In this document: positions 31,004-40,861 of the stretch, piece after piece
Layout of the letters: each line of letters opens with the position of its first letter
How positions within the stretch are numbered: the stretch's first letter is position 1
The notes under the pieces: generated by a model
The model's input: only the letters and a program-made list of their open reading frames with translations
What the model was told of the DNA's origin: nothing
Databases searched by the model: none
Program-made: the position numbers and the translations under genes
IMG/VR virus record: IMGVR_UViG_3300044568_001950
Span: 1-60,357 of that record
Length of the DNA stretch: 60,357 bases
From: a virus
Lineage: Duplodnaviria; Caudoviricetes
Strand: one strand, 5' to 3'

Positions 31004-31336
31004 ATGGCAAAAGTTTTTGTAGTTCAGGAAACAATGAAACATAACGTGTTGCCCGCGCAACAGTATGGGGAATTGATTTTCCTTCTGCCCCCTCAAGTAC
31101 AGATTGGTTTTTCGCCAGGGCCCATGGTTAACAAGATGAAACGGGTCCTACAAAGATTCACTGACGAAGACTATCTGCTACTTATCGGAGATCCAGCCGC
31201 CATGAGTATTGCCGCTGCTTTGGCATCGGAGTATAATAACGGCAAGTTTCGCTTCTTGAAGTGGGACAAACGGGAAATGAAGTACTATCCCATAGCAGTC
31301 GATTTAAACCAGAAAGGAGAAAGTTATGACTATTGA
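31004..31336 (+). CDS. Conserved hypothetical protein
   Basis: 110 aa, strong RBS, DYLLLIGDP...LKWD. Confidence 0.75.
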   Translation: MAKVFVVQETMKHNVLPAQQYGELIFLLPPQVQIGFSPGPMVNKMKRVLQRFTDEDYLLLIGDPAAMSIAAALASEYNNGKFRFLKWDKREMKYYPIAVDLNQKGESYDY

Positions 31337-31883
31337 TTTTGAATCAGATGCACAAGCAATCACGGTGCAAGACAATTCCCTAGCTGCTATCTCAGAGTTA
31401 GGACGTCAAGCAATTTTGATTGAAAAAGATATCGAGGATCTCGAAGCAACTCTTGCGGAGAAAAAAGAATCACTTCGCAACTTGACCGATGAGCGCATTC
31501 CCGATGCACTCAAAGAAATTGGCATGAAGAGTTTTGAGATGGCCGATGGATCGGAGATTGAAGTCAAGCCATTTTATTCGGCGAGCATTCCATCCGATCG
31601 TCGTGGTGAAGCATATGAATGGCTTCGGGCCCACGGGTTCGACGACATTATCAAAAACACCGTCTCCGTACAGTTTGGTCGTGGCGAAGACGATGCCGCT
31701 GGCGATTTGATTAACGTCATTCGCACGCAAGGGCTCTTGCCTGAACAGGCAGAGAAGATCGAATCCCAAACCCTTAAAGCTTGGGTTCGCGAAATGGTGG
31801 AACAAGGCACGGAGTTCCCCACTGAGCTTTTTGGCGCTTACACAGGCTTCAAAGCAAAGATCAAACGTGCTAAAACTAAATAA
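31326..31883 (+). CDS. Hypothetical replication-module protein
   Basis: 185 aa, coiled coil then WLRAHGFDDIIKN; AAGGAG RBS. Confidence 0.75.
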   Translation: MTIDFESDAQAITVQDNSLAAISELGRQAILIEKDIEDLEATLAEKKESLRNLTDERIPDALKEIGMKSFEMADGSEIEVKPFYSASIPSDRRGEAYEWLRAHGFDDIIKNTVSVQFGRGEDDAAGDLINVIRTQGLLPEQAEKIESQTLKAWVREMVEQGTEFPTELFGAYTGFKAKIKRAKTK

Positions 31884-31895
31884 GGAAATTTAACT

Positions 31896-32669
31896 ATGAA
31901 CCAAGTAGCAAAGAAAAAAGAACAAGCGTTAGCAGTTATCGACAACTCCATATTTGAGCAGGACGCTCATGATGGTATGAACAACATTTCGCAAGAAGAT
32001 GTTGCTCTGCCTTTCTTGAAGGTTCTCTCACAACTGTCCTCGGAACTCGAAACAATCGACGGCGCCAAGGCCGGTATGATTTACAACACCGTGTCAGGCC
32101 AGGTGTATGACGGCGTGCAAGGTATCAAGGTCATTCCGTGTCACTACGAGCGCAAGTATGTTGAGTGGACACCTCGTGGAACCGGCGGCTCTGGTGCGCC
32201 TGTTGCAGTTCATCCTGCGACCAGCGACATCATGACCAAGACTTTCCGCAAGACGGGCGACAGCAAGGACTACCTCGATAACGGCAATTACATCGAGAAC
32301 AGCGCACAGCATTATGTGCTGATCATCGACGAGACGGGTAATACAACACCCGCATTGATTGTCATGAAAGCAACGCAGTTGAAGAAGTCGCGTAAGTGGA
32401 ACAGCATGATGATGACGCTGAAGATGAATGGCAAAAACGGACCGTTTACGCCACCGTCATACAGCCACGTCTATCGACTGACTACCTCCAAAGAGTCCAA
32501 CGACAAGGGCACTTGGTACGGTTGGGAAGTCGAACGTGTTGGCCCAGTAGAAGAGGCTGGAACGTATCAAACCGCGAAGGCATTCTCTCTGTCGATCAAA
32601 CAGGGCGAAGTCAACGTGAAGCATGATCAGGACGAGGGAGCCAAAGCAGCGAGTGCCGCACCCTTCTAA
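31896..32669 (+). CDS. Putative single-stranded DNA-binding protein
   Basis: 257 aa, highly biased codons, C-terminal ...APF, terminator follows, upstream of primase. Confidence 0.55.
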   Translation: MNQVAKKKEQALAVIDNSIFEQDAHDGMNNISQEDVALPFLKVLSQLSSELETIDGAKAGMIYNTVSGQVYDGVQGIKVIPCHYERKYVEWTPRGTGGSGAPVAVHPATSDIMTKTFRKTGDSKDYLDNGNYIENSAQHYVLIIDETGNTTPALIVMKATQLKKSRKWNSMMMTLKMNGKNGPFTPPSYSHVYRLTTSKESNDKGTWYGWEVERVGPVEEAGTYQTAKAFSLSIKQGEVNVKHDQDEGAKAASAAPF

Positions 32670-32683
32670 ATTGAGCACGCGGA

Positions 32684-32708
32684 GGCCGCCCCTTGGGGGC
32701 GGCTTTTT
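32684..32708 (+). terminator. Intrinsic terminator
   Basis: GCCGCCCC-TTG-GGGGCGGC-TTTTT. Confidence 0.8.
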
Positions 32709-32734
32709 GACCTTTATACTATAGAAGAAAGCTC

Positions 32735-34267
32735 ATGCCGGAAGTAGATATCGCACGTTTTAAACAAATTTTTGCAGGTCTTGATATTGCGTATGGAACA
32801 TACAAGATTGAAAAGGAACGGCAAGATGGAAAGCAAAACGGGAAGGCCTCAATCGTCAGGCAACCTCCTACGGATGACCTATGGGTCAAGCATCTTAAGG
32901 GAACCGAGCCTAGCCTCGGGATCATACCGATTCGTGCCGACAATAGCTGCACCTGGGGTTGTATCGATATTGATATGTACCCCATCGATCACGTATCTAT
33001 CATCAAGAAAATTAGAAAGCTCGAACTCCCGCTAGTACCCTTCCGTTCAAAATCCGGTGGCATGCATGTGTTCATGTTTGCAAGAGAACCAGTCACCGCA
33101 ACCTACATGCAAAAGCACCTGAAGCTTTTTGCAGCGTACCTCGGCTATTCGGGTTCAGAGATTTTTCCTAAGCAAACGGAGATTTTGGTTGACCGTGGTG
33201 ACACGGGAAACTTCTTAAACCTCCCATACTTTGGAGGAGACAATGGCACACGCTATGCGTACAAAGATGACGGCTCTGCGGCCACACTCGAGGAGTTTTA
33301 TTCACTTTACGAAACCTATGCCGTTACTGAAGAAACCGTCATCAAAGAACCGAGTAACGTTGCGACTACTCCGGACCTCGCTGACGGTCCTCCGTGCCTA
33401 CAAGTTCTTTGTTCCCAAGGATTTCCGGAAGGCACACGTAATAACGGACTTTTCAACATCGGAGTTTTTCTCCGCAAAGCTAAGCCGGATACGTGGGAGA
33501 ACGAACTTATGGTTTATAACCAAAAGTACATGTCGCCGCCCCTTCCCCTTAATGAGATCACGCTTGTCTCTAAACAACTGAAAAAGAAAGAATATGGTTA
33601 TAAGTGCAAAGATTCGCCGATTAACGGACACTGTAACGCATCGTTATGTAAGACTCGGAAATTTGGTATCGGTCAGTCTAACGATATGCCAAGTATCTCG
33701 GCCCTCTCTAAGTATGCTTCTGATCCCCCGCTTTGGTTTGTTGATGTGGATGGGCATCGCCTGGAACTTACGACAGAGGAACTCCAACAACAGGCTAAGT
33801 TTCAAGTTGTATGTATGAGCAAAGTCAACGTCATGCCGCCGACGTTGAAAAGACAGGAATGGGAGGGGCTGCTCAATGGGCTTCTTAAACAGATGGTTGA
33901 GACGCAGGCAATTACAGAAGCGCCTGAGGATACTTCCAGCGACGGGCGATTCTATGATCTTTTGGAAGAGTTTTGCACTCACCTCCAGACTGCCATGGAT
34001 CGCGAAGAGATTCTTATGGGCCGTCCTTGGACTCACGAAGAAGAGAAGGTAACCTACTTCCGCATCAAAGATTTAGAGAACTTTCTTCAGCGCAACAAGT
34101 TCAACATGACTACGGTCAAGATTGCACAGCGTTTGCGGAACTTGCAGGGTAGCCCACATTCGATCACCGTTAAGAATCGTACGGTACGCACCTGGCGCAT
34201 CCCAGCTTACGAGAAACAGGACTCACCGTTTGATGCCACGATGCCTTCTTCGGGATCTCCATTTTGA
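32735..34267 (+). CDS. DNA primase (AEP-like with PriCT-type domain)
   Basis: WGCIDID, RSKSGGMH, GNFLNLPY, PPCL...EGTRNN. Confidence 0.8.
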   Translation: MPEVDIARFKQIFAGLDIAYGTYKIEKERQDGKQNGKASIVRQPPTDDLWVKHLKGTEPSLGIIPIRADNSCTWGCIDIDMYPIDHVSIIKKIRKLELPLVPFRSKSGGMHVFMFAREPVTATYMQKHLKLFAAYLGYSGSEIFPKQTEILVDRGDTGNFLNLPYFGGDNGTRYAYKDDGSAATLEEFYSLYETYAVTEETVIKEPSNVATTPDLADGPPCLQVLCSQGFPEGTRNNGLFNIGVFLRKAKPDTWENELMVYNQKYMSPPLPLNEITLVSKQLKKKEYGYKCKDSPINGHCNASLCKTRKFGIGQSNDMPSISALSKYASDPPLWFVDVDGHRLELTTEELQQQAKFQVVCMSKVNVMPPTLKRQEWEGLLNGLLKQMVETQAITEAPEDTSSDGRFYDLLEEFCTHLQTAMDREEILMGRPWTHEEEKVTYFRIKDLENFLQRNKFNMTTVKIAQRLRNLQGSPHSITVKNRTVRTWRIPAYEKQDSPFDATMPSSGSPF

Positions 34268-35766
34268 ACGTCACCAAAGTATTTGGCCCACCAGGCACAG
34301 GCAAGACTACGTATTTGTTGAACGTTGTCGATAACCTTTTACAAAACGGTACGCCTGCGTCAGGCATTGGTTACTTTGCATTTACTAGAAAGGCGGCGCA
34401 TGAAGCCAAAGAAAGAGCCTACGCTCGCTTTCAGCAACTCGACTTTAAACGAGATCTTGCCAACTTTAGGACCCTGCATAGCCTTGCTTATGCAAGACTG
34501 GGCATCCAAAGTACCCGTATCGCAACGGCGGAGAATTACAAAGATTTTGCCCTTCTGGCCAAAATTAACCTCAGTGTCGATCGCGGAGACGAGTCGTGGG
34601 AAGTACGAGTTGACAATCCAATACTCAACGTCATCAACCTCGCCCGAATCCGTGGAGCAGACCTCCGTGCCGAGTACAACAAAAGCCAGCTAGGCATTGA
34701 GTGGCAACACTTTTATTACGTTTATCGTATGTACAAAAAGTACATGCACGAGAAGGGCCTGTTGGACTTCACCGATCTGCTAGAGATGTTCGCCGAAGCG
34801 GACGATACGTATTACCCGACACTGGACGTCGTTATCATAGACGAGGCTCAGGATTTGAGCCCGTTGCAGTGGAAGATTGCTGACCGGCTAATCAAGAGAG
34901 CCAAGAAGGCCTACGTTGCCGGGGATGATGATCAAGCAATCTTTGGATGGGCAGGTGCTGATGTAAGGCACCTATTAACGTATCCTGGTGATCAGATAGT
35001 GCTTAATCAGTCCTACCGCATTCCAAAGATTGTTCATGACTATAGCAATAAAATCATCCAGCGAGTCAAGTACAGAGTCCCAAAAGAATGGAATCCACGC
35101 GAAGAGCAGGGTGAATTGCACTTTTATTCCCGCTATACAGACGTTGACTTGGTAGACGGAACGTGGTTGATATTGGCCCCCACTAACTATGTTTTAAACG
35201 GGGTCCACGAATATCTAAAAGGCATGGGCGTACTGTTTGAGCGCAATGGCATTCGCTCCATTGGTGAGAGCACCATCGAAGCTGTGTACGCTTGGGAAGC
35301 TCTGAGAAAGGGGAAAGAGATTGGAAGCAGAGAAATCAAATCACTGTACACGTACCTCGGATCAAACAGTATTGGACGGGGCTTTAGAAAGTTTGTCGGA
35401 GATCCTGAGCAGTCCTACAGCTTTGAGAGACTTAGAGCAGAAGGCGGATTGGTTGCTGACGACAGACCGTGGTATGAAAGTCTTACAAAGCTATCCGACG
35501 CTAACCGAGTGTATATCCGAGCGGCTCTCAGACGTGGACAGTCACTTCGAGGAACTCCACGGATACGCCTCTCCACAATACACGGAGCCAAAGGTGGTGA
35601 AGCGGATCACGTTATCGTTATCACAGATTTATCTTCTCAATTTACTCGCGAGCAAGAAGTAAACCCGGACGACATTAATCGTTTGTACTACGTAGGGCTT
35701 ACCCGAACAAGGAAATCCCTACATATCGTTTACCCCCAGGACCAATATAAGGCTTTTCGTTTATGA
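34264..35766 (+). CDS. UvrD/Rep-like SF1 helicase
   Basis: GPPGTGKT, IDEAQD, GDDDQAI, STIHGAKGGE, YVGLTR. Confidence 0.92.
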   Translation: MNVTKVFGPPGTGKTTYLLNVVDNLLQNGTPASGIGYFAFTRKAAHEAKERAYARFQQLDFKRDLANFRTLHSLAYARLGIQSTRIATAENYKDFALLAKINLSVDRGDESWEVRVDNPILNVINLARIRGADLRAEYNKSQLGIEWQHFYYVYRMYKKYMHEKGLLDFTDLLEMFAEADDTYYPTLDVVIIDEAQDLSPLQWKIADRLIKRAKKAYVAGDDDQAIFGWAGADVRHLLTYPGDQIVLNQSYRIPKIVHDYSNKIIQRVKYRVPKEWNPREEQGELHFYSRYTDVDLVDGTWLILAPTNYVLNGVHEYLKGMGVLFERNGIRSIGESTIEAVYAWEALRKGKEIGSREIKSLYTYLGSNSIGRGFRKFVGDPEQSYSFERLRAEGGLVADDRPWYESLTKLSDANRVYIRAALRRGQSLRGTPRIRLSTIHGAKGGEADHVIVITDLSSQFTREQEVNPDDINRLYYVGLTRTRKSLHIVYPQDQYKAFRL

Positions 35767-37628
35767 CGATATCTCTTTTTCCACAACTGAAAACAGAGTG
35801 GATGGCGCCGGAAGTGTTTCCGGATCTGTCCTCCGCAGAGGCAATTGCAATTGACTTAGAAACATGCGACCCAGGAATGAAAACGAGCGGCCCTGGATGG
35901 CCGACAAAGAATGGCTACATAGTTGGATTTGCCTTAGCCGTAGATGGCTGGAAGGGCTACTTCCCGACCCGCCACGGTGGAGGGGGCAACCTGGACGAGA
36001 AGAAAGTCCGCAAGTTTGTCCAAACTGTTTTGGATCTACCCTGCGACAAGATTTTCTTCAACGCGGCCTACGACGTGGGCTGGCTGAAGGCCGAGGGTTT
36101 CACGATCAATGGGCGCATTATCGATGCGATGATTGCAGCAGCACTTATCGACGAAAATCGATTTAGTTATAGCCTGAACGCTTTGGGCTTTGATTATCTG
36201 CAAGAGACCAAGTCAGAGCAGGGCTTGCGCGATGCGGCCAAAGAGTTTGGTGTGGATCCCAAGGGCGAACTTTACAAGCTCCCTGCCCTGTACGTTGGTG
36301 AGTACGCAGAGCAAGACGCCGCACTGACGCTCAAGCTTTGGCAGTTCTTCAAGATTGAATTGGTTAAGCAGGAATTACTTGCGATCTTTGACCTCGAAAC
36401 AGCGCTGTCCCCGCACTTAATCGACATGACCATGCGTGGCGTGCGCTTGGATGTAAACCGGGCCGAGCAGACCAAAAAGAAGTTTTTGCAAATTGAGAAG
36501 GAAGCACTGGCTCAAATAAAGAGCCTGTCAGGGATTTCCCTAGATATTTGGGCGGCTGCCAGCATTGCAAAGGCTTTTGACAAACTAGGGATCGAGTACC
36601 CCAAGACTGAAAAGGGCGCTCCTTCGTTTACCAAAAGCTTTTTGGCCCACCACCCACATCCCATTGCCAAGTCCATTGTGGACGCCCGTGAGTACAACAA
36701 GGCCAACGGCACGTTCATTGAAGCTTTGCTGAGTTACGCCGAGCACGATGGCCGGATACATGGGCACATCAATCAGTTGCGAAGCGACGAAGGGGGCACG
36801 GTTTCCGGACGACTGTCCATGGCCAACCCCAATCTTCAACAGATTCCAGCCCGCCACCCGGAGATCGGCCCTGCGATCAGGAGCCTCTTTCTGCCGGAGC
36901 AAGACGAAATATGGGCCTCCCTCGATTTCTCCCAACAAGAACCACGGCTCGCGGTCCATTATGCCAAACTGCTGGAATTAAAGGGGGCAGACAAAGCCGC
37001 CGAAGCCTATATCACAAATCCCGATACCGACTTCCACCAAACGGTGGCAGACATGGCAGGCATTGGCCGCAAGCAGGCTAAGACAATTGGCCTTGGGCTC
37101 CTCTACGGCATGGGTAAGGGCAAGATGGCTACCGAACTGGACCTGTCCACAGAGGAAGCCAGCGAACTCATTGGCAAGTTCCACGAGCTTGTACCATTCA
37201 TGAAGGGCCTGGTCACTGCGGTGCAACAACGGGTGGACCATCCAGCTTCAAACGGATCCGTCCGTACCCTGCTTGGGCGTCGATGCCGCTTTAATCTGTG
37301 GGAGCCGACCGAGTTTGGCCTACACAAGGCGTTGCCCCGAGAACAAGCAGTCTTGGAATACGGACCACGGCTCAAGCGAGCCTATACCTATAAGGGCCTA
37401 AACCGCCTGATTCAAGGCTCTGCCGCCGATCAGACGAAGAAGTCCATGCTGGCCTGCATAGAAGCCGGGAAACTGCCCCTGCTCCAGGTCCATGACGAGC
37501 TTTGCTTGTCTGTAACCTCCGCCGAGGAAGCAAATAAATTCGCTCAAGCCATGATGGATTGTGTTAAATTAGAGGTGCCCTCTAAGGTCGATGTCGAATG
37601 TGGACCTTCCTGGGGGGAAGCAGCATGA
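35763..37628 (+). CDS. polA: Family A DNA polymerase with 3'-5' exonuclease
   Basis: DLET exo motif, DFSQQEPR (A), RKQAKTIGLGLLYG (B), QVHDEL (C). Confidence 0.95.
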   Translation: MTISLFPQLKTEWMAPEVFPDLSSAEAIAIDLETCDPGMKTSGPGWPTKNGYIVGFALAVDGWKGYFPTRHGGGGNLDEKKVRKFVQTVLDLPCDKIFFNAAYDVGWLKAEGFTINGRIIDAMIAAALIDENRFSYSLNALGFDYLQETKSEQGLRDAAKEFGVDPKGELYKLPALYVGEYAEQDAALTLKLWQFFKIELVKQELLAIFDLETALSPHLIDMTMRGVRLDVNRAEQTKKKFLQIEKEALAQIKSLSGISLDIWAAASIAKAFDKLGIEYPKTEKGAPSFTKSFLAHHPHPIAKSIVDAREYNKANGTFIEALLSYAEHDGRIHGHINQLRSDEGGTVSGRLSMANPNLQQIPARHPEIGPAIRSLFLPEQDEIWASLDFSQQEPRLAVHYAKLLELKGADKAAEAYITNPDTDFHQTVADMAGIGRKQAKTIGLGLLYGMGKGKMATELDLSTEEASELIGKFHELVPFMKGLVTAVQQRVDHPASNGSVRTLLGRRCRFNLWEPTEFGLHKALPREQAVLEYGPRLKRAYTYKGLNRLIQGSAADQTKKSMLACIEAGKLPLLQVHDELCLSVTSAEEANKFAQAMMDCVKLEVPSKVDVECGPSWGEAA

Positions 37629-37670
37629 AGTCTAACTCCTCTCCTTCATGTTGCGCCTCTTCAAGCTTGC

Positions 37671-37699
37671 GGGGGCGGCGCAAAGTCGCCCCCTTTTTT
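37671..37699 (+). terminator. Intrinsic terminator
   Basis: GGGGGCGGC-GCAAA-GTCGCCCCC-TTTTTT. Confidence 0.85.
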
Positions 37700-37731
37700 G
37701 TGATATACTCCTGTAAATACAGGAGATAGTC

Positions 37732-37971
37732 ATGACTGACGCCGCCAAATGGAAATCTGTAATGCTCCGAGTAGATGCCTACGATCTACTCAAGCAGATA
37801 GCCGCTCGCGATCGCCGCTCGATTGCCAGCATCCTCACTGAACTTGTTGAAAAAGAATGGGAGTGGCACTTTGAAAGAGAAACCCACCAAGAGACCAAAC
37901 GAATCGTCAAGGACCCCGTCCGGCAAGCCCCCGCCCAGGCGTATCGGAACCCCTTCCTCCCACGAAAGTGA
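37732..37971 (+). CDS. Ribbon-helix-helix (Arc/CopG-like) DNA-binding protein
   Basis: KSVMLRVDAYDLLKQIAARDRRSIASILTELV. Confidence 0.7.
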   Translation: MTDAAKWKSVMLRVDAYDLLKQIAARDRRSIASILTELVEKEWEWHFERETHQETKRIVKDPVRQAPAQAYRNPFLPRK

Positions 37972-38266
37972 CCTTCTAAGTTGGATAGATGAGACATTTG
38001 AAGTCATCATTTACCCGAGTGGCTTTGAGGATTGCATTGTGGGGGTGGGAGAACGATTCGGGGGGCCGCCGATGGCCGTATTGGATGTTGAGAAGATGCT
38101 TAAAAAAATGGAAAGTGAGGGAATGACCCGTGAAGAAGCGATCGAATACTTCGAGTTCAACATTTTGGGAGCCCATGTGGGAGAAGAAAATCCCGTTTAC
38201 CTCCACATCCCGGACTTTAAAATTGAAACAAAAACTACAGGCAGAAAAGGAGCGAAGACAGAATGA
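37871..38266 (+). CDS. Conserved phage hypothetical protein (start uncertain)
   Basis: GFEDCIVGV...EEAIEYFEFNILGAHVGE motif; TTG at 37871 has a GGGAG RBS. Confidence 0.65.
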   Translation: MKEKPTKRPNESSRTPSGKPPPRRIGTPSSHESDLLSWIDETFEVIIYPSGFEDCIVGVGERFGGPPMAVLDVEKMLKKMESEGMTREEAIEYFEFNILGAHVGEENPVYLHIPDFKIETKTTGRKGAKTE

Positions 38267-38466
38267 CTACAGAATCATCGAGCATCTTGGACCAGGATTA
38301 TTCTGAGGCAATGATCCGTATTCAACAGTTGCACAAGCAGTTACAAAGAGAGTTGCGCGACAGCAATTTTGTTGCAGCGCGGAACACGGCCCGTAAGGTT
38401 GCAGTTGATGCAATGCTAATAGGCATATGGTGCAAAGATTTTGTTGACAAACGCGAAAATCGGTAG
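38263..38466 (+). CDS. Hypothetical protein
   Basis: 67 aa, AGGAG RBS. Confidence 0.6.
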   Translation: MTTESSSILDQDYSEAMIRIQQLHKQLQRELRDSNFVAARNTARKVAVDAMLIGIWCKDFVDKRENR

Positions 38467-38472
38467 TAGCCT
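38444..38472 (+). promoter_or_regulatory. Sigma70-like promoter of the accessory operon
   Basis: TTGACA-17-TAGCCT; 22/29 identical to 30945-30973. Confidence 0.7.
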
Positions 38473-38499
38473 ATTCACATACTTTAGAAAGGAGAAAGC

Positions 38500-38643
38500 A
38501 TGACTAGCCCTAATATCAACCCTTACGTTGTGGACTCATGGGTCCGCAGTGGACAGGCCGCAGAAGCCGCTCAAGAACTTGCGTGGTTTGTTGCAATTGT
38601 GTTCATCGTCATTGGCTTTTTAGCATGGCGGGGGGACAAATAA
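38500..38643 (+). CDS. 47-aa membrane protein (absent from the ORF track)
   Basis: AAGGAG RBS; ...ELAWFVAIVFIVIGFLAWRGDK; TAATG-coupled. Confidence 0.65.
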   Translation: MTSPNINPYVVDSWVRSGQAAEAAQELAWFVAIVFIVIGFLAWRGDK

Positions 38644-38849
38644 TGGCAATTGAGATGACCGACTTTGAGGAGAAGGTGTGGAAATATTTACTTTCTCACC
38701 CAAAAACTCCCGTTCAAGCAAAGACGATTGCAAAAGAATGGATTGCAAGCGAGGGCAAAGTAGCCCGTACCTTAAAAAGGTTTGTTGATAGCGGCATTGC
38801 GGATCAAATCCGAATGGGTTCTAAAAAATTCTACAGGGTAAAGGAATGA
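38643..38849 (+). CDS. Winged-HTH-like protein
   Basis: AKTIAKEWIASEGKVARTLKRFVDSG...KKFYRV. Confidence 0.6.
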   Translation: MAIEMTDFEEKVWKYLLSHPKTPVQAKTIAKEWIASEGKVARTLKRFVDSGIADQIRMGSKKFYRVKE

Positions 38850-39004
38850 AAAATATGCTGATAGCTGCGATTACCGGAATCATTGTTGGAATTATCTTTT
38901 CGCTATGAAAGCCAGCGACGGCGGAAAAGGCTCCGCAAGACGCCCACAAAATGTCCCCAACGAAAGATTTCGGGAAAACTTTGATCGTATTTTTGGAGAA
39001 ACAG

Positions 39005-39259
39005 ATGCACGAGAACAACGAACGGATGGTGCAGGAGTACCTCATTGCGGCGATGACGTCAGGACTGAAACAAACGGGAGCGACGTACAACCTCCCAGAA
39101 AGTCTGGCGGTTGAATATGGGCGACTTTGCTATAACCAAGCCATCAAAGACATCATGGCCCTCTGCAAGATGTCGGACTTCGGACAAACAGGACTCGAGA
39201 TCTGCGACACGATCCAAGACCTCATCATCCACCAAAAAGGAAAGCATGTCTCCCTTTAG
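39005..39259 (+). CDS. Hypothetical protein
   Basis: GGAG RBS, ATG at 39005. Confidence 0.5.
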   Translation: MHENNERMVQEYLIAAMTSGLKQTGATYNLPESLAVEYGRLCYNQAIKDIMALCKMSDFGQTGLEICDTIQDLIIHQKGKHVSL

Positions 39260-39467
39260 GATCACGGGATACACGCACTCCACCCCGGAGTTCGAGCGCC
39301 TTGAGCGGCTTAATAAAGAGCTTATCGAAGTGGTTGAGCTTTATCTTAAATGGATCAATGCCGTTGAAGACCCAAGCGACACCACGTTGAAAGAGCGGCA
39401 TGACCTTTGTATTGAATTACGGAACAAGGCCCACGGAACATTAGCCAAGGTTAGGAACAGGGAATGA
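39246..39467 (+). CDS. Hypothetical protein
   Basis: AAGGA RBS, ATG at 39246, coupled to next gene. Confidence 0.5.
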   Translation: MSPFRITGYTHSTPEFERLERLNKELIEVVELYLKWINAVEDPSDTTLKERHDLCIELRNKAHGTLAKVRNRE

Positions 39468-39658
39468 ACATCTACCAAAAGATTGGTCTTGGTGACCTGG
39501 TCCAAACGTTTGCTAAACCTGTGGGCATAGACCTGCCAGGAGAAGAGGGCGGGGTGTACGAAAACGCATTATTTGTGTATCTATTCACAACCGATGGGCT
39601 TATAAAGTTTGTTGACGAAATCGTAAAAAGAATCGAGGAGCCAAATGAAACCACTTGA
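39464..39658 (+). CDS. Hypothetical protein
   Basis: ATGA-coupled, 64 aa. Confidence 0.5.
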   Translation: MNIYQKIGLGDLVQTFAKPVGIDLPGEEGGVYENALFVYLFTTDGLIKFVDEIVKRIEEPNETT

Positions 39659-39818
39659 AGAATTCCCTGCAATCAAGAAAGCAGTCAACGATGCCATTGC
39701 CAGTGGCCTGCATCGTCTGCACACCGAAACAGATGACCCAACGTATCTTGAGGCACAACAGTATGTTGTTGGCGCAATCAAGGCCCACCTCGATGCCCTA
39801 GTGGAGAAATCAAAATGA
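39645..39818 (+). CDS. 57-aa hypothetical protein (absent from the ORF track)
   Basis: GAGGAG RBS; MKPLEEFPAIKK...; ATGA overlap with 39815. Confidence 0.6.
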   Translation: MKPLEEFPAIKKAVNDAIASGLHRLHTETDDPTYLEAQQYVVGAIKAHLDALVEKSK

Positions 39819-40141
39819 AAAAACTTATAGCAATTTTGCTATGTGTGCCGTGCATGGCAAGTGCCGAGTTCATGAGTGGCAACAGCCTTCATAGCAAAAT
39901 GACTGGAGATTTTGGTGACAAGATGCAAGCCTTGGGTTTTATTCAAGGTGTATTTGATGTGTACGTCAGCGTCACGTTTTGCTCGCCGGATAATGTAACC
40001 GCCGGACAAGTGTCCGACATGGTCAAGAGATACTTGGATAACAATCCCTCGACTCGCCATAAGACCGCAGAATCCTTGATCAACCTGGCTTTGAAGCAGG
40101 CATGGCCTTGCGCTAATAATCGTGGGAATAATCGGTTATGA
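39815..40141 (+). CDS. Rap1a-like (T6SS amidase immunity family) secreted protein
   Basis: Signal peptide; GNSL...GFIQGVFD...FCSP..VTAGQV...YL..NP..RH..A..LI..AL..AWPC. Confidence 0.75.
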   Translation: MKKLIAILLCVPCMASAEFMSGNSLHSKMTGDFGDKMQALGFIQGVFDVYVSVTFCSPDNVTAGQVSDMVKRYLDNNPSTRHKTAESLINLALKQAWPCANNRGNNRL

Positions 40142-40335
40142 AATTGTTTGCTCTTTTCGCCTTGATAGTATTTTTTCTATGGGTCGGTTGGAGCATTGGG
40201 TATGAGAACGGGCTAAAGGACGGGTGCAGGAACGCCTTGAACATAAACCCACCAAGCGAGTCCATGGAATTAGCGTGCGCCGCCCTATGGGTTGGCGAAC
40301 AAAGCAAAAAGTGGCAGGATAAGACTAAAAAGTGA
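40138..40335 (+). CDS. Small membrane-anchored protein
   Basis: N-terminal TM segment, ATGA-coupled. Confidence 0.55.
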   Translation: MKLFALFALIVFFLWVGWSIGYENGLKDGCRNALNINPPSESMELACAALWVGEQSKKWQDKTKK

Positions 40336-40631
40336 AGGGAAGAACCATGGACTACTATGAAGCCAAAAGGCTTGCCGAAGCTTGGACCACGGGCCAGGAC
40401 GTTAGCCAAGACGGGTGGCGCTCCGTTATCCGCGTCCTGATGGACCACATCTACACTATGGAGGCAGATCTAAAGAGTGCCTACAGCAACTGCCAACGCC
40501 TGCGCAGTGAGAACGAATCACTGTCCTTGGACCTCGGGATCAAGAACAATGACTTTAAACTGCCACCTCAACCACAGTTAAAGACCGTGGCGGATATCAT
40601 CAAAGAATGCTCCGACAAGGCAAGCTGGTGA
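40332..40631 (+). CDS. Hypothetical protein
   Basis: 99 aa, coupled on both sides. Confidence 0.55.
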   Translation: MKGRTMDYYEAKRLAEAWTTGQDVSQDGWRSVIRVLMDHIYTMEADLKSAYSNCQRLRSENESLSLDLGIKNNDFKLPPQPQLKTVADIIKECSDKASW

Positions 40632-40861
40632 CTTTCGGCGAAGGCTTACAGGCACTCCTCGGTCGCGGTCCGGAGGAGAAGATTCAGCTTGTTTACATCA
40701 CGCTTGAGAACGGCAAGGTGCTTGTGTTTCTCGGCGCCCCGGTGACGCCTGAGGATGCCGATCAGATTTCTGAGATTACGTTCGGGGAACAGATGTCCCC
40801 GTTTTTATTAAGCCTCGCGGTTTCCTCGCTGGGCACAGTTGATGGGTTTACAACACAATGA
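40628..40861 (+). CDS. Hypothetical protein
   Basis: GTGA-coupled start at 40628. Confidence 0.5.
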   Translation: MTFGEGLQALLGRGPEEKIQLVYITLENGKVLVFLGAPVTPEDADQISEITFGEQMSPFLLSLAVSSLGTVDGFTTQ

